The notes under the pieces are model-generated. The model did no database searches. It saw only the letters and a program-made list of their open reading frames with translations, and was not told where the DNA came from. A stretch of 64,000 bases of DNA from an uncultured Chloroflexia bacterium (lineage in GTDB: Bacteria > Chloroflexota > Limnocylindria > Limnocylindrales > CSP1-4): assembly GCA_963734535.1 (NCBI GenBank), contig CAVTHS010000011.1:4789-68788 (forward strand). The letters are read 5' to 3'. How positions within the stretch are numbered: the first letter of the stretch is position 1; each line of letters opens with the position of its first letter. This document shows positions 1 to 11,311 of the stretch, one piece after another. The position numbers were made by a program, and so were the translations under genes.

Positions 1-1
1 C

Positions 2-352
2 CTGACCGGGCGGCAGGTCCGCGCCGACGAGGCGGCCCGCCTGGGCCTCGTGACGAAGGTCGTGCCGGCCGACGAGACGCTCGCGGCTGCGCTCGATCTT
101 GCGGCCGAGATCGCGGCCTTGCCGGCCGGTGCCGTGCGTGCTGCAAAGGCCGCGGTCCGAGCCGTCGCAGAGCTGCCCCTGGCAGGCGGCGTCCAGCTCG
201 AGCGAACGCTGTTCCGGGAGCGCTTCGGCACGGCGGACCAGGTCGAGGGCATGGCTGCGTTCCTCGAGAAGCGCCCACCTCGCTGGGAAGGCAGGCCGGA
301 ACCTCCCGGGCGGCCGATTCCACGCCGTCCCACGAAGGAACGACCAGGATGA
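2..352 (+). CDS. enoyl-CoA hydratase/isomerase (crotonase) family protein, C-terminal part; the 5' end lies outside the window
   Basis: The frame is open from the window edge. LTGRQVRADEAARLGLVTKVVPADETL...AFLEKRPPRW matches the C-terminal helices of crotonase-fold enzymes. The stop at 350-352 overlaps the next ATG (ATGA). Confidence 0.75.
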   Translation: MTGRQVRADEAARLGLVTKVVPADETLAAALDLAAEIAALPAGAVRAAKAAVRAVAELPLAGGVQLERTLFRERFGTADQVEGMAAFLEKRPPRWEGRPEPPGRPIPRRPTKERPG

Positions 353-1050
353 TGCCTCCACGGCCCGAGTCCGATGCGGCGCCCGGCGCGCGGTTCGCGC
401 CAGCTCATCCGGCCAGGCCGGGCCTCTCCTTCGCTCCGGAACACGACTGGTCTGCCGCGGCCCGGCTCATCTACCCGGTCCTGCGACCGGCCGGCACGCC
501 CGGAAGGTCTCTCGCCACGCTGGCCACGCCGATGAGCGCTGCCGGGGACACGCAGCCGGTCATCGACGCAGGCCCCGCCGACCTGGTCGTCGCCTACGCG
601 ATCTCGGCGGCCGGGTTCGACGTCCTGGCCAGCGGCGACCACGTCGCAGCGTGGACGGTCGGGCCCTCGACGCTCCGCGAGGCGGCCTTCGGGAACCTCG
701 CGGCCTGGTCGAGCGGGGCGACCTGGTCGGAGGACGGCGACGGTCGGCGCCGGATCCTCTCGTCCGATACCGGGGACGGCTGGGATGCGGCTCGGATCCT
801 CCTCCCCGAGGTGACGGCGCACCTGGCTGCGACGCTCGGGGATGGCGGCGCCCGGGTGCTCATCGGGCTGCCGGCGCGCCACCTCCTGCTGGCGGGCGCG
901 CTCCTGCCGGACGACCCCGAGTTCGGCGTCCTGTTCGCCGACTTCGTGCTGGACTACGCCGACGACTCGGACGAGGCAATCGACCGGCGGGTCTTCGAGC
1001 TGGTGGCCGGGCGCCTGGCGCCGTTCTCGACGGGCGCACCGCCGACCTGA
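349..1050 (+). CDS. hypothetical protein
   Basis: 233-aa ORF with an ATGA start/stop overlap with the upstream gene and a coding-like GC3-rich composition. I recognise no motif. Confidence 0.5.
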   Translation: MMPPRPESDAAPGARFAPAHPARPGLSFAPEHDWSAAARLIYPVLRPAGTPGRSLATLATPMSAAGDTQPVIDAGPADLVVAYAISAAGFDVLASGDHVAAWTVGPSTLREAAFGNLAAWSSGATWSEDGDGRRRILSSDTGDGWDAARILLPEVTAHLAATLGDGGARVLIGLPARHLLLAGALLPDDPEFGVLFADFVLDYADDSDEAIDRRVFELVAGRLAPFSTGAPPT

Positions 1051-1134
1051 CCCGAGGCGACCGGCATCGCCGTGCCTTGACTCCAACCGAGTATAGGTGC
1101 AAGATACACCCGAAACAGGTAGTAGGAGCGGACG

Positions 1135-2211
1135 ATGGCTATCGTCAGGGGCCCGTTCCCCACCGGCGGCACCGTTGGCCAGGATGACCTCGTCGACCGC
1201 GAGGCGGTCGTGGCAGAGCTCTTCGGGCGCACGTTTGATCGGCTGAACTCCGTCGTGCTGAGCGCGCCCCGGCAGACCGGCAAGACGAGCGTGGCCGAGG
1301 AGCTCCTCCGGAAGGTGCGTCGCGCCGGCGGGTGGGGCATCTACATCGACTGTTCCGCGGCCACGGACGAGCGCGAGCTGGCCGAGCTCATCGCGCGCTC
1401 CACGTACGACCAGGCCAGCGGAAGTCGGGGTGCGTTCACCCGCCTCAAGGACCTCGTCGCAGGAGCCCCAAAACCCGTCTTCTTCCAGAACGACCTCAAC
1501 CTGTCGCTGGCGTTCTTCGGTGACCACAAGGACACCCCGGCGCGCCTGCTCGAGCATGCGTTCGGGCTCGCCGACGAGCTGGCGACCCAGAAGGACCGGC
1601 GCTGTGTCGTGGTTTATGACGAGTTCCAGCGGCTGGCGACACTCTCCCCCTCGATCTTCGATCGGACCCGTGCTGCGCTGCAGCATCGAATGACGCACAC
1701 CGCCTACGTGTTCATGGGTTCCGAGGTCGGGTTGCTGGACGCGCTCTTCAGGCGGCGCACGAGCATGCCATTCCGCCTGGCCACCCCGATGACCCTGCCA
1801 TTCCCCAGCCCTGGAGCGTGGCACGCGTACATCGGGGCGCGATTCCAGGACCTCGAGATCGCCATCGGCGCAGAGGAGATCGACCGGCTGATCGCGTTCA
1901 CCGGTGGCCACCCGCGCGATTTGATGGAAGCCTGCGAGCACCTGCTCACGATTCGCAGCGTCAACCCGATTGCCACTGGGGCGCTCGAGCTCGCCGAGAC
2001 GAGAACGATTGCTGGGCTATCGGCGCAATTCGACGAGATCTGGACGCAGCGGGCGCGTCAGCGGAACGCGGCCAGGGCGTGCTCGAATGCGGCCAGCGTG
2101 CGCGGCGAGAAGAGGACGAACGTCACCCGTTCGAGCGGTGCTCCCGCCCTGAGCGAGTCCGCGACGGTCGCGACCGCGATACGCGCGGCGTCGTCGAGCG
2201 GATACCCGTAG
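1135..2211 (+). CDS. AAA-type ATP-binding protein (archaeal/bacterial ATPase-like family)
   Basis: Walker A-like SAPRQTGKTSVAEE and Walker B-like CVVVYDEFQRL, with a GGAG SD upstream of the ATG. The last ~150 nt run antisense through the macro-domain gene, so the true 3' end is uncertain. Confidence 0.65.
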   Translation: MAIVRGPFPTGGTVGQDDLVDREAVVAELFGRTFDRLNSVVLSAPRQTGKTSVAEELLRKVRRAGGWGIYIDCSAATDERELAELIARSTYDQASGSRGAFTRLKDLVAGAPKPVFFQNDLNLSLAFFGDHKDTPARLLEHAFGLADELATQKDRRCVVVYDEFQRLATLSPSIFDRTRAALQHRMTHTAYVFMGSEVGLLDALFRRRTSMPFRLATPMTLPFPSPGAWHAYIGARFQDLEIAIGAEEIDRLIAFTGGHPRDLMEACEHLLTIRSVNPIATGALELAETRTIAGLSAQFDEIWTQRARQRNAARACSNAASVRGEKRTNVTRSSGAPALSESATVATAIRAASSSGYP

Positions 2212-2594
2212 GCGCCGGCGCTGATCGCGGGCAACGTCAGCGTCCGCGCGCCGAGCTCGGCGGCGATGCTGAGCGCGGACCGGTAGGCGCCGGCAAGCTG
2301 CACGGGCTCGCCGTGATCGCCGCCGCGCCAGACGGGGCCCACGGCGTGGATCACCCAGCGGGCCGGGAGGGCGCCGGCGCCCGTCGCAACGGCGGTCCCG
2401 GCAGGGGTCCCGTACGAGTGCCGCGAGCGCAGCTCGGCCATGATCTCCGGGCCGCCCGCCCGGTGGATCGCCCCGTCGACCCCGCCGCCACCCGCGAGGG
2501 CGGCGTTCGCCGCGTTGCCGATCGCGTCGGCTGCGATGGTCGTGATGTCGCCCTCGACGAGGACGAGGCGTCCGGTGCCGAACAGCTGCTCCAT
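2058..2594 (-). CDS. macro domain protein (ADP-ribose / O-acetyl-ADP-ribose hydrolase type)
   Basis: From ATG 2594: MEQLFGTGRLVLVEGDITTIAADAIGNAANAALAGGGGVDGAIHRAGGPEI...PAISAGAYGYP, which are canonical macro-domain motifs. The longer ORF to 2786 adds only an Arg-rich leader. Confidence 0.85.
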   Translation of the reverse strand: MEQLFGTGRLVLVEGDITTIAADAIGNAANAALAGGGGVDGAIHRAGGPEIMAELRSRHSYGTPAGTAVATGAGALPARWVIHAVGPVWRGGDHGEPVQLAGAYRSALSIAAELGARTLTLPAISAGAYGYPLDDAARIAVATVADSLRAGAPLERVTFVLFSPRTLAAFEHALAAFR

Positions 2595-2909
2595 CTCGCC
2601 TCCGCGCGGCCCGGCGCGCCGGACCCGGCCGGGCGGCCGCGAATTGTCGTCGCGCCGTCCACGGCCACGGATCACCCACGTGCCGGACATCGCCATTCTG
2701 CGCCTCCCCGACGGTGCCGGACGCAGCCGGTTCGCGAGGTGCTCGCCGCGACGGGCGGAGGCCAGGCGGTCCCGGATTGCCGCCACAGCGCCTAACCGGA
2801 GCCGATTCTTCCACCCGGGCGCGATCCCGCCTATCCTGCAGCCCCCGGGCTGGCCCGGGGCCCAGCGGCACCGGTGCCGCCATCAACGGTCTCATCCTGG
2901 GGAGGTCTC

Positions 2910-3593
2910 ATGCGCCGCCATCTGTTCACCCCGCTCGCCGCCCTGGCGGCTCTCGCGATCATGGTCGCTGCCTGTGGCGGCTCCGCCACGGCCGCTCCGA
3001 GCGCGGCGGCTCCGTCTGCCGCGGCTCCGTCCGCCGCCGCGTCGGTGGCGCCGTCGGTCGAGCCATCGCCATCGCCCGAGGCGAGCGCCTCACCCGCAGC
3101 GAGCGCGGCCGCCGACGCGAGCGGCGCGCTGCCGAGCATCGCCCTCCCGTCCTTCAACGCCGACAAGGACCTGGAAGCGCTCCTCCCGTCGAGCTTCGGT
3201 GGCGTCACGCTCCAGAAGTTCAGCATGAAGGGCGCCCAGTTCCTGGGCTCGAACCCGGATCCCACGTTCAACCAGGCGATCGCCGCGCTCGGCCTGACGG
3301 CTGCGGACGTGAGCGTCGCGATCGCTGCCGATCCGACCAGCAAGATGGAGATCTTGTTCGCCGCGATCCGCTTCGCGGGCGCCGACAGCGGCAAGCTGCT
3401 CACGGTGTTCCAGGCGGCCTCCCAGGCGTCGGGCGACCTCGTCGGCTCGGTCAACGTCGGCGGCAAGGACGTCATCAAGACGAAGGACAGCTCGGGCAGC
3501 TTCAGCTACTTCTACGTGAAGAACGACACGGTCCTCGGCGTCACCGCGACGACCGACGCCGCGGCTGCGCCGGCTCTCCAGGTCCTCCCCTGA
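2910..3593 (+). CDS. lipoprotein, unknown function
   Basis: GGGGAGG SD just upstream of ATG 2910. MRRHLFTPLAALAALAIMVAACGG is a signal peptide with a lipobox Cys, followed by an Ala/Ser/Pro linker and a globular part. Confidence 0.6.
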   Translation: MRRHLFTPLAALAALAIMVAACGGSATAAPSAAAPSAAAPSAAASVAPSVEPSPSPEASASPAASAAADASGALPSIALPSFNADKDLEALLPSSFGGVTLQKFSMKGAQFLGSNPDPTFNQAIAALGLTAADVSVAIAADPTSKMEILFAAIRFAGADSGKLLTVFQAASQASGDLVGSVNVGGKDVIKTKDSSGSFSYFYVKNDTVLGVTATTDAAAAPALQVLP

Positions 3594-3749
3594 GGCAAGC
3601 CTGCGCATGGCGCTGGCCGCGTTGCGCATGGGCACCGGCAAATCGCTCCGGCTCTCGACCGGCGCACGTGGCCGTACGATGCTGGGGATCTGCGAGTGCC
3701 CAGGCGATCCATCCCGGGCCCGCATGACGGAACCCAGGAGGTTGCGACC

Positions 3750-4211
3750 TTGACCACCCTCTCTATCCGCCGTACTCGTCGATTCATTGCCGCGTTGGCG
3801 GCAGCTGCTCTCATCTGTGTCGTCGCCACCGGCGCCGCGCTTGCCGGAAACAACGGCACGCTGAAGATCCACGAGCAGGGCACGCCCGACGGCACCCCGA
3901 ACAACGACCCGAAGGTCTGCACCTTCAACGTCGAGGCGTTCGGCCTCGATGCCGGCCAGACCGGGTACCTCATGTTCGACGTCCAGGGCGGAGATGCCCC
4001 GCAGGGCGTGAACGCGGGCCCCTTCGCGTTCGGCCCGGCCGACGCGAACGGCTCCTTCGCTTCCGAGTACTTCAGCCCGCCGGCCGGCCACTACAAGGCC
4101 ACGCTCTACGGCAAGGCTGACCTGACGGACGTCAAGGCGAAGTCAAAGGTCTTCAAGGTCACCTGCGAAGGTGGCGAGTGGCCGGGCGGGGACGAAGACC
4201 CCAATACCTGA
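3750..4211 (+). CDS. small secreted protein, unknown function
   Basis: AGGAGG at 3736-3741 lies 8 nt before an in-frame TTG at 3750. LTTLSIRRTRRFIAALAAAALICVVATGAALAG is a signal peptide. The ORF track gives an alternative ATG at 3696. Confidence 0.5.
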   Translation: MTTLSIRRTRRFIAALAAAALICVVATGAALAGNNGTLKIHEQGTPDGTPNNDPKVCTFNVEAFGLDAGQTGYLMFDVQGGDAPQGVNAGPFAFGPADANGSFASEYFSPPAGHYKATLYGKADLTDVKAKSKVFKVTCEGGEWPGGDEDPNT

Positions 4212-4231
4212 CGTCGCCCCGGTCAGAACCC

Positions 4232-4265
4232 CTGAGGCCCCACGGAGCGATCCGAGGGGCCTCAG
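4232..4265. terminator. 10-bp GC-rich stem-loop between convergent genes (possible bidirectional terminator)
   Basis: CTGAGGCCCC (4232-4241) pairs perfectly with GGGGCCTCAG (4256-4265) across a 14-nt loop. It sits 21 nt after the stop of the 3750-4211 gene. There is no clear U-tract. Confidence 0.4.
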
Positions 4266-4553
4266 TCGTGCTGCAGCGAGATCCGGCGCGCTGGATCCTC
4301 GGCTCTGCTTCCCTATCTGACCCGGCGCACCAGTCGGAGGATGCGAGGCGCGCCGGGCGCGGACCGGGGCACGGCGCCGTAATTCGTCGCAGGGCCGCGC
4401 ATCCGCGGACCAGGGACCCGGCATGGGTCTCCTATGACCTGACGTCGATCACGAGACGCCCCGACCGCCGGACGAGCCTAAAGGGATCGTACGCTTCGAC
4501 AGCGCGCGGTCGCCGGGCGGCCTGACTCGGCTCACTGCGGGGTTTGAATGGCG

Positions 4554-6768
4554 CTATGGGACGATCAGGTGGACCGGGTTGCCCAGGATCTGGACCTTCC
4601 AGGTGGTGAGGTCGGTGCTGTAGCTCGACGTCGAGCCGCCCATGGTGTACCTGATCTTCCACCATCCTCCCTCGGTCTCGCCCGATGGGGTCGGTGCGAC
4701 ATAGTTGTCCGCGAGCACGATCGTGAGGCGTAGCCAGCAGCCGTTGAACAGGGAGTTGCCGCCCGTGTTGGTCGTCACGGCGTCGATGTCCCGCTTCCCT
4801 GCCGCGTGGCGCAGTTCGAGTGACCCGAATCGGTTGTTCCGACGCTCCCCTTGTAGCTGAATGAATCGGCCACGTAGCCGCCGCTCGTGGGCTCCAGGAT
4901 CTCGAGAGATGCGGAGAGTGCCCCAGTGTCGCCCGGATCCCAGAGGTCGATCTGCATCGTCTTCCCCGCATGGACGGCGTCGATCTTTGCCAGGTAGAAC
5001 TCGGAGGCTTGGCCGCCGGGGAGGCGGACGTAGGCTTCCATGGCGCCATTGCCGTAGACGCGCGGCGTGCCCCCCGTGGCCGTCGCCCAGATCGCGAACG
5101 AGTTGAGCGCGGTGGTGTTGTTCTGGTCGGCCGCATCGGAATGCGTGTGCAGGCGATAGGTCACGCCGTCGTCGGTGCCACCAGATAGTCCGCCTGCCAG
5201 CTGCCACCAACCGTTGTGCCACGCGAGGCCCTGGCAGCTGCCGGACCCGTTGGAGCCACCGAGCGAGGAGTCGTCGAGGCTCAGATTCTGGAAGGTGCTC
5301 CCGGATGCCGCCAGCGGGGTGTCGTCGGTCAGGTCGTACGGCGTCCCCTTCGTGTCGAGGAGGTCGTAGTAGGAGCTCACCGGTTGCGGGCTCGAGTAGC
5401 CGTTGGATCCGCCGACAGTCCAGTTCTCGCCCGTTCCCTGGCTGGTCGAGACCTCGCAGAACCCCGGATCGAAGATCCAGACCTGGCCGTTCGAGGCCCC
5501 GGCGGGGATGTCGATGCCGTAGTTGTAGTAGTTGGCGGGGTCGAAGAGGCGTCGGGGTCCTGGGCGGCATCGACGATGTTGGGGTGCTCGGGTTCCGGAC
5601 TGGTACTTGGTCATGAAGGCGTCACCCTGGATGTTCGGCGCGCCCTGGCTCTGCATGGCACCCCAGAAGTTCTGAGGCGCCAGCAGCGCTCCGTCCGGCG
5701 CGTAGATCGGCCGCGGCCCGGCGTTGCTCGACACCCGGACTTGGAGCGTGTCCACCTGGCGCGAATCGATCGCTCGTGCAGGCAGGCTTGTTGAACGTCA
5801 GGCGGACCATGAACAGGCCGTCGGCGAGGTCCGCCCGGGTCCAGGTGTGGCCGGACCAGGCGGCGGTCGAGGTCGCGCTGCCGAGCGTGCTGCCCACCTC
5901 GCTCGAGGTGAGCGTGATCGTCGTGCGCCGGTCGGAGAGGAAGGGGCCCAGCTCGCGCCGCCGTCCCAGGAGAGCTGGACCTGGAGCTTGCAGCCGCTGT
6001 TCGTGGGGTTCCCGACGCGCTGTACCTCGCGCCCACCTGAACCTCGATCCCGTCGATCGGGGCGCCGAGCGGCAGGCGTGGGCGCGCTAGGAGCCCGAAG
6101 GTTCCCCACGTCTCGGCGCTCCCGGTGGAGGAGCTCGAGGAGGCAAACGCTTGTTGTTATGTGCCGTCCGCATGACCGGGGTTCGACCAGCTGCCAGACG
6201 GAACTCCGCTCTTGAGGCCGGTCGTGTCGGCGGCGTCGATGAACAGCCCGACGCCGTAGTAGTTCTGCGGGCTTCCCATCGGGACGGGCAGGACGTACTC
6301 GGCCTTCGCCGTCCTGGTCGCGTTGATCGAGTTGATCCCGAACACGCGCATGAAGAAGGTGGAGACGGGCGCGGTGATGGTGACGTCCAGCTGGCGCGGG
6401 TTTCCGCCGGTGACCGCCAGCGAGTTCTGGATCGGCGTGACGGCGATTCCGCCCCCGCTGGTGTATCCGTTCTTCGTGGCCTCGTTCGTCGCGCGCAGGT
6501 AGGCGTTGTCTGCACCCGTGTTCACCTTGCCGGGCAGCAGGACCGCCCCGGCGAGCGCCGCGGCGTCGGCGGCGCGCTGCACGCGGAGCGTGTTCGCCCA
6601 GTACCAGGCCACATCGACCACGACGGCACAAAGGCCGACGAAGACGAAGGCGCTTATCGCGAAGATGACGAGCACCTGGCCTCGGGATCGAGAGCGTCGC
6701 GGTGGCGGCTCGGGCTGCGCTTCTGCCCCGGCCGCCGTCGTGCCATCGTGCGCGTTCTGCTGCCGCAT
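4554..6768 (-). pseudogene. TadG-like Flp-pilus assembly/pseudopilin protein (~735 aa), reading frame interrupted many times
   Basis: The N-terminus RGQVLVIFAISAFVFVGLCAVVVDVAWYWANTLRVQRAADAAALAGA is the TadE/G-like membrane helix. There is an in-frame TAA at 6157-6159. Protein-like sequence then continues in changing frames, with shifts near 6030, 5950, 5760, 5585, 5548 and 4800. The last segment, ...DIDAVTTNTGGNSLFNGCW...ILGNPVHLIVP, ends at 4554. Confidence 0.6.
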
Positions 6769-6778
6769 CGTCTCGTCC

Positions 6779-7433
6779 TCAGTCCGTTGGGTTCAGGGCC
6801 ATGACGGTCCTGTCTGACATCGTGAGGCCGCCGGCGGAGGCGCCGCCGAAGAACCTCAGGATGCCAGCCAGGGGCGTCTGGAAGGTGTACGAGTACGTCA
6901 GGCTGACGCCGATCGAGTCGACGCCGGATGGCCCGCCATTGGTCCGGCTGCACGGATTCCAGGCCTGGGACTCCTGGGTGAAGCCAATCTGCTGGCCGTC
7001 GACCGTCGGGCCCGTTGCGGGTCCTGTGTACGTCCAGATGTTCACGGAGGATCGGGAGGCCGTGATGACTGGAGCGCCGTTTGCGATCGGCCTTCCAGAT
7101 CAGGACCTCCGTCCCGTTCGCCACCAGCTTCACGCGGGAGCCGGGCGAGAGAAGCACGCGCCGCACGGCCGCGATGATCTGGGGATCGACGGTCGCCGCG
7201 TTCGGCGATTGTCCGGTGTCGCAGCCCAGCGCCCCGCCCCCATTCGCGAGCGCCGACCCGACCCGCGCGCCCTCGCGGGTGGCGTACTCCAAGGTCAGGT
7301 TCTGGTCGAACGCGAAGCCGAACTCGAGCATCCCGAGGAGCAGGAGCAGGAAGACGGGGACGAGCATGGCGAACTCGACGAGGCCCTGGCCGCGTGTCCG
7401 CCGCCCGCTCCTCGCCCCGCCGGATCGGGCCAT
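6779..7433 (-). pseudogene. TadE-like pilus assembly protein, one apparent frameshift
   Basis: MARSGGARSGRRTRGQGLVEFAMLVPVFLLLLLGMLEFGFAF is the TadE N-terminal motif. The frame changes near 7078 (...VLIWKAD / NGAPVITASRSSVNIWTYTGP...), and the C-terminal part is the 6779-7045 ORF. Confidence 0.65.
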
Positions 7434-7496
7434 CCGCCCGGATCGTCGCCGCGCGCCTCACAGGACCGGCTCCATCCGCATCGCGTTCGACTGCGG

Positions 7497-8073
7497 TCAG
7501 CGTAAAGCCGCCGTCCCGGCCAGCCCGAAGTTGCCCATCGGCGTGACCCAGGCGTGGCGATAGGTGATCTCGACGCCGATCGTGTCGATCTGCGTTCGAC
7601 CAAGGCTCACGCACATCCGTTGAGGAAGTTGCATCGCTGGTCATAGGTGTACGTGCCGGTCGGCGACGAGTACGGAACCGTGAGCGTTGTCGTTCCCTTG
7701 GTGCAGGTCGTGCTGCCACCGCGCGTGTACGTCAGGGTCGCCAGGCGCGTGGATCCGCTCTGGTCGCGTCCGGTAGATCGTCACCGTCTGGACGTTGGCC
7801 TTGTTTCCCGGTGCGCCGATGGAGTTCTCCACCTGCTGGAGGATGACGCAGTCCGCCAGCTTGTCGCTGCCGGCTTCTGCCGCGGTGAGCGCCGCGTTCC
7901 GGCTCGCGTAGTTCACGCCGAGCAGGGCGCTGAAGACGAAGGCGAACTCGACGAGGAACAGCGTCAGCAGCATGAACAGCGGGAAGACGAGGGCGAACTC
8001 GACGAGCGACTGACCCGTCTCGCGGCCGTGCCGAACTGGACGCGTTCGCTCTTCGACGGTGCGACGTCGACAC
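7497..8073 (-). pseudogene. second TadE-like pilus assembly protein, about three apparent frameshifts
   Basis: GGGAGG (8081-8086) lies 7 nt upstream of GTG 8073. GQSLVEFALVFPLFMLLTLFLVEFAFVF is the TadE motif. Frame changes near 8030, 7770 and 7610 restore ...DQSGSTRLATLTYTRGGSTTCTKG...IDTIGVEITYRHAWVTPMGNF, ending at TGA 7497-7499. Confidence 0.55.
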
Positions 8074-8288
8074 CCAGTGACCTCCCGACGTGATGACGCA
8101 CACGCTGCTGACGCGGCGACAGGAACGGTGACCCCGCAACCTTGCAGCGCACCTTGCGTCGTCGCCAGGGCGCACCACGCCGCGCTGTCCGCGGACCGTC
8201 GCTGCCGCTTGCGGTACGACCGGGCAGACTCGCTCGGCTCGGCTCGAATCGCCGCGACTCCTCGTCCCCTTGCGCCTAGAATCGAGCC

Positions 8289-9512
<1,224 letters not shown>

Positions 9513-9520
<8 letters not shown>

Positions 9521-10388
9521 CCCGCAGCCGATCGGCGTGGTGGCTGCCCGTCACCAGGGCGGGCTCTCCGGCCTCGTCGGGCGGCTCCGGATCGCGTCGA
9601 CGATCGGGGGACGCGCGGCGCTCGCCCCGATCTACCGCGCCTACACGGCCCGGCTCCGCGCCGAGGTGCTGGCACGGCCGGTCCCGGAGCACGTGGCGCT
9701 GATCATGGACGGCAACCGCCGCTGGGCGCGCCACGTCGGCGGCGGCGCGGGCATCGGGCACCGGCACGGCGCGAACAAGGCGATCGAGCTGCTCGACTGG
9801 TGCAGCGATCTCGGGATCCGCGAGGTCACCCTCTGGGCCCTCTCGCTTGAGAACCTCGACCGGGCGCCCGAGGAGGTGGAGCTGATCACGGAGATCGCCC
9901 GCCAGACCCTCACCGCGCTCTCCGAGCGCGACAAGGTGAAGCGGCTGGAGATGAGCCTCCGGGTGATCGGCCGGCGCGAGCTGCTGCCCGATCGGCTTCG
10001 GGAGGCGGCCGAGCGCGGCGAGGCCGAGACGCAGGGTCGCCCCGGGCTCCGCGTGACGCTTGCGCTCGGGTACTCGGGTCGCGACGAGCTGGTGGAGGCG
10101 GCTCGGGCCGCGATCCGGACCCTCGTCGCGGACGGCGTGACGCCGGACCAGCTTCCGGGCGCGCTCACGGCTGAGCAGCTCGAAGCGCACCTGTACACGC
10201 GCGGGTCGAGCGATCCCGACCTCATCATCCGGACGTCGGGCGAGGTTCGCCTGTCCGGCTTCCTCCCCTGGCAGAGCGCCTACAGCGAGTTCTACTTCTG
10301 CGACGCGTACTGGCCCGCCTTCCGCGAGCTGGACTTCCTGCGCGCGATCCGGACCTACCAGCTGCGCGGGCGCCGGTTCGGCCGCTGA
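9513..10388 (+). CDS. uppS: isoprenyl transferase / undecaprenyl-diphosphate synthase
   Basis: [22 protein letters not shown] and [24 protein letters not shown] are cis-prenyltransferase signatures. The ATG at 9513 overlaps the thiolase stop. Confidence 0.9.
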
Positions 10389-10556
10389 ATGCGCTCGCGG
10401 AGGCGCCGCCGCTGACGAGCCGGTTCGGCCGCTGAATTCCGCGCACAGAGGCCGTGCGGCTGATTTCGGCGCGGTGCTTGTCGAAAATCGCCGAAACGCC
10501 TAGGATTTCCGTGCCTGTTCCCGCACCCCCCTTCGTCCCAAGGAGGACGCTTCCGA

Positions 10557-10937
10557 ATGATCGACAGCGGCTCGACCACCCTCAGCCTCAGCGACGTCGC
10601 CGCGGGGAAGCTTCGCGAGATCACCGCCGGTGAGGCCAACCCGAATGTCGGGCTTCGCGTGTACGTCTACTCGGGCGGGTGCTCCGGCTTCCGGTACGGG
10701 ATGATGATCGAGGACGCGCCGACCCCCGAGGACCAGGTCCTCGAGTCCCAGGGCATCAAGGTCTACGTCGATACGAAGAGCCTCGACCTGCTGACGGGCT
10801 CGCAGATCGACTACGTCGACACGCTGATGGGGGCGGGCTTCACGGTCAACAACCCCAACGCCGTCGCAGCGTGCGGGTGCGGGTCGTCCTTCCGGACCGC
10901 CGAGTCCGAGGGCGCGCCGGGGGCCTGCCACCACTGA
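10557..10937 (+). CDS. HesB/IscA/ErpA-family iron-sulfur cluster insertion protein
   Basis: LRVYVYSGGCSGFRYGMMI and a C-terminal CGCGSSF motif. AAGGAGGA SD upstream. Confidence 0.85.
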   Translation: MIDSGSTTLSLSDVAAGKLREITAGEANPNVGLRVYVYSGGCSGFRYGMMIEDAPTPEDQVLESQGIKVYVDTKSLDLLTGSQIDYVDTLMGAGFTVNNPNAVAACGCGSSFRTAESEGAPGACHH

Positions 10938-11311
10938 TCGTCCGCCCGGATGGCGGGGCCATACCGGGTTGGTGGTGCATGCCAGGGCCGGCGAACCCGG
11001 CCCCGCCCGATGTGCACCAGGTGACCGCTACGACCGCCGGCGACCCGGACCGGGTTGGATGTGCGTCATGGGCTGCGCCAGCCGACCGGCGAACGGTGGT
11101 TTGGGTCACGCGGTGACCGATCCCGCCGCCGACGGGGTCCTCGCCGGTCGCAGTGCAGAATCTGTGCACGTCGGCGCGGTGACGCCATACCCCGAGGGAC
11201 CGACGTGGACCCGCAGCTGGAGCGCCGCTTGACGGTTGCTCTCACCGCTCGTAGCGTCGCGCTCGAGCGTGCGTGCGCCGCCGGTGCACGACGCCGGAGC
11301 CCGAGGTCCGC

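Noticed and set aside
1077-1106. Possible sigma-70-type promoter (TTGACT ... AAGATA/TATAGG) upstream of the ATPase gene
   Set aside because: The spacing to the best -10-like hexamers is wrong or the hexamers are weak. Promoter consensus for this lineage is unknown, so this is not reportable as a feature.
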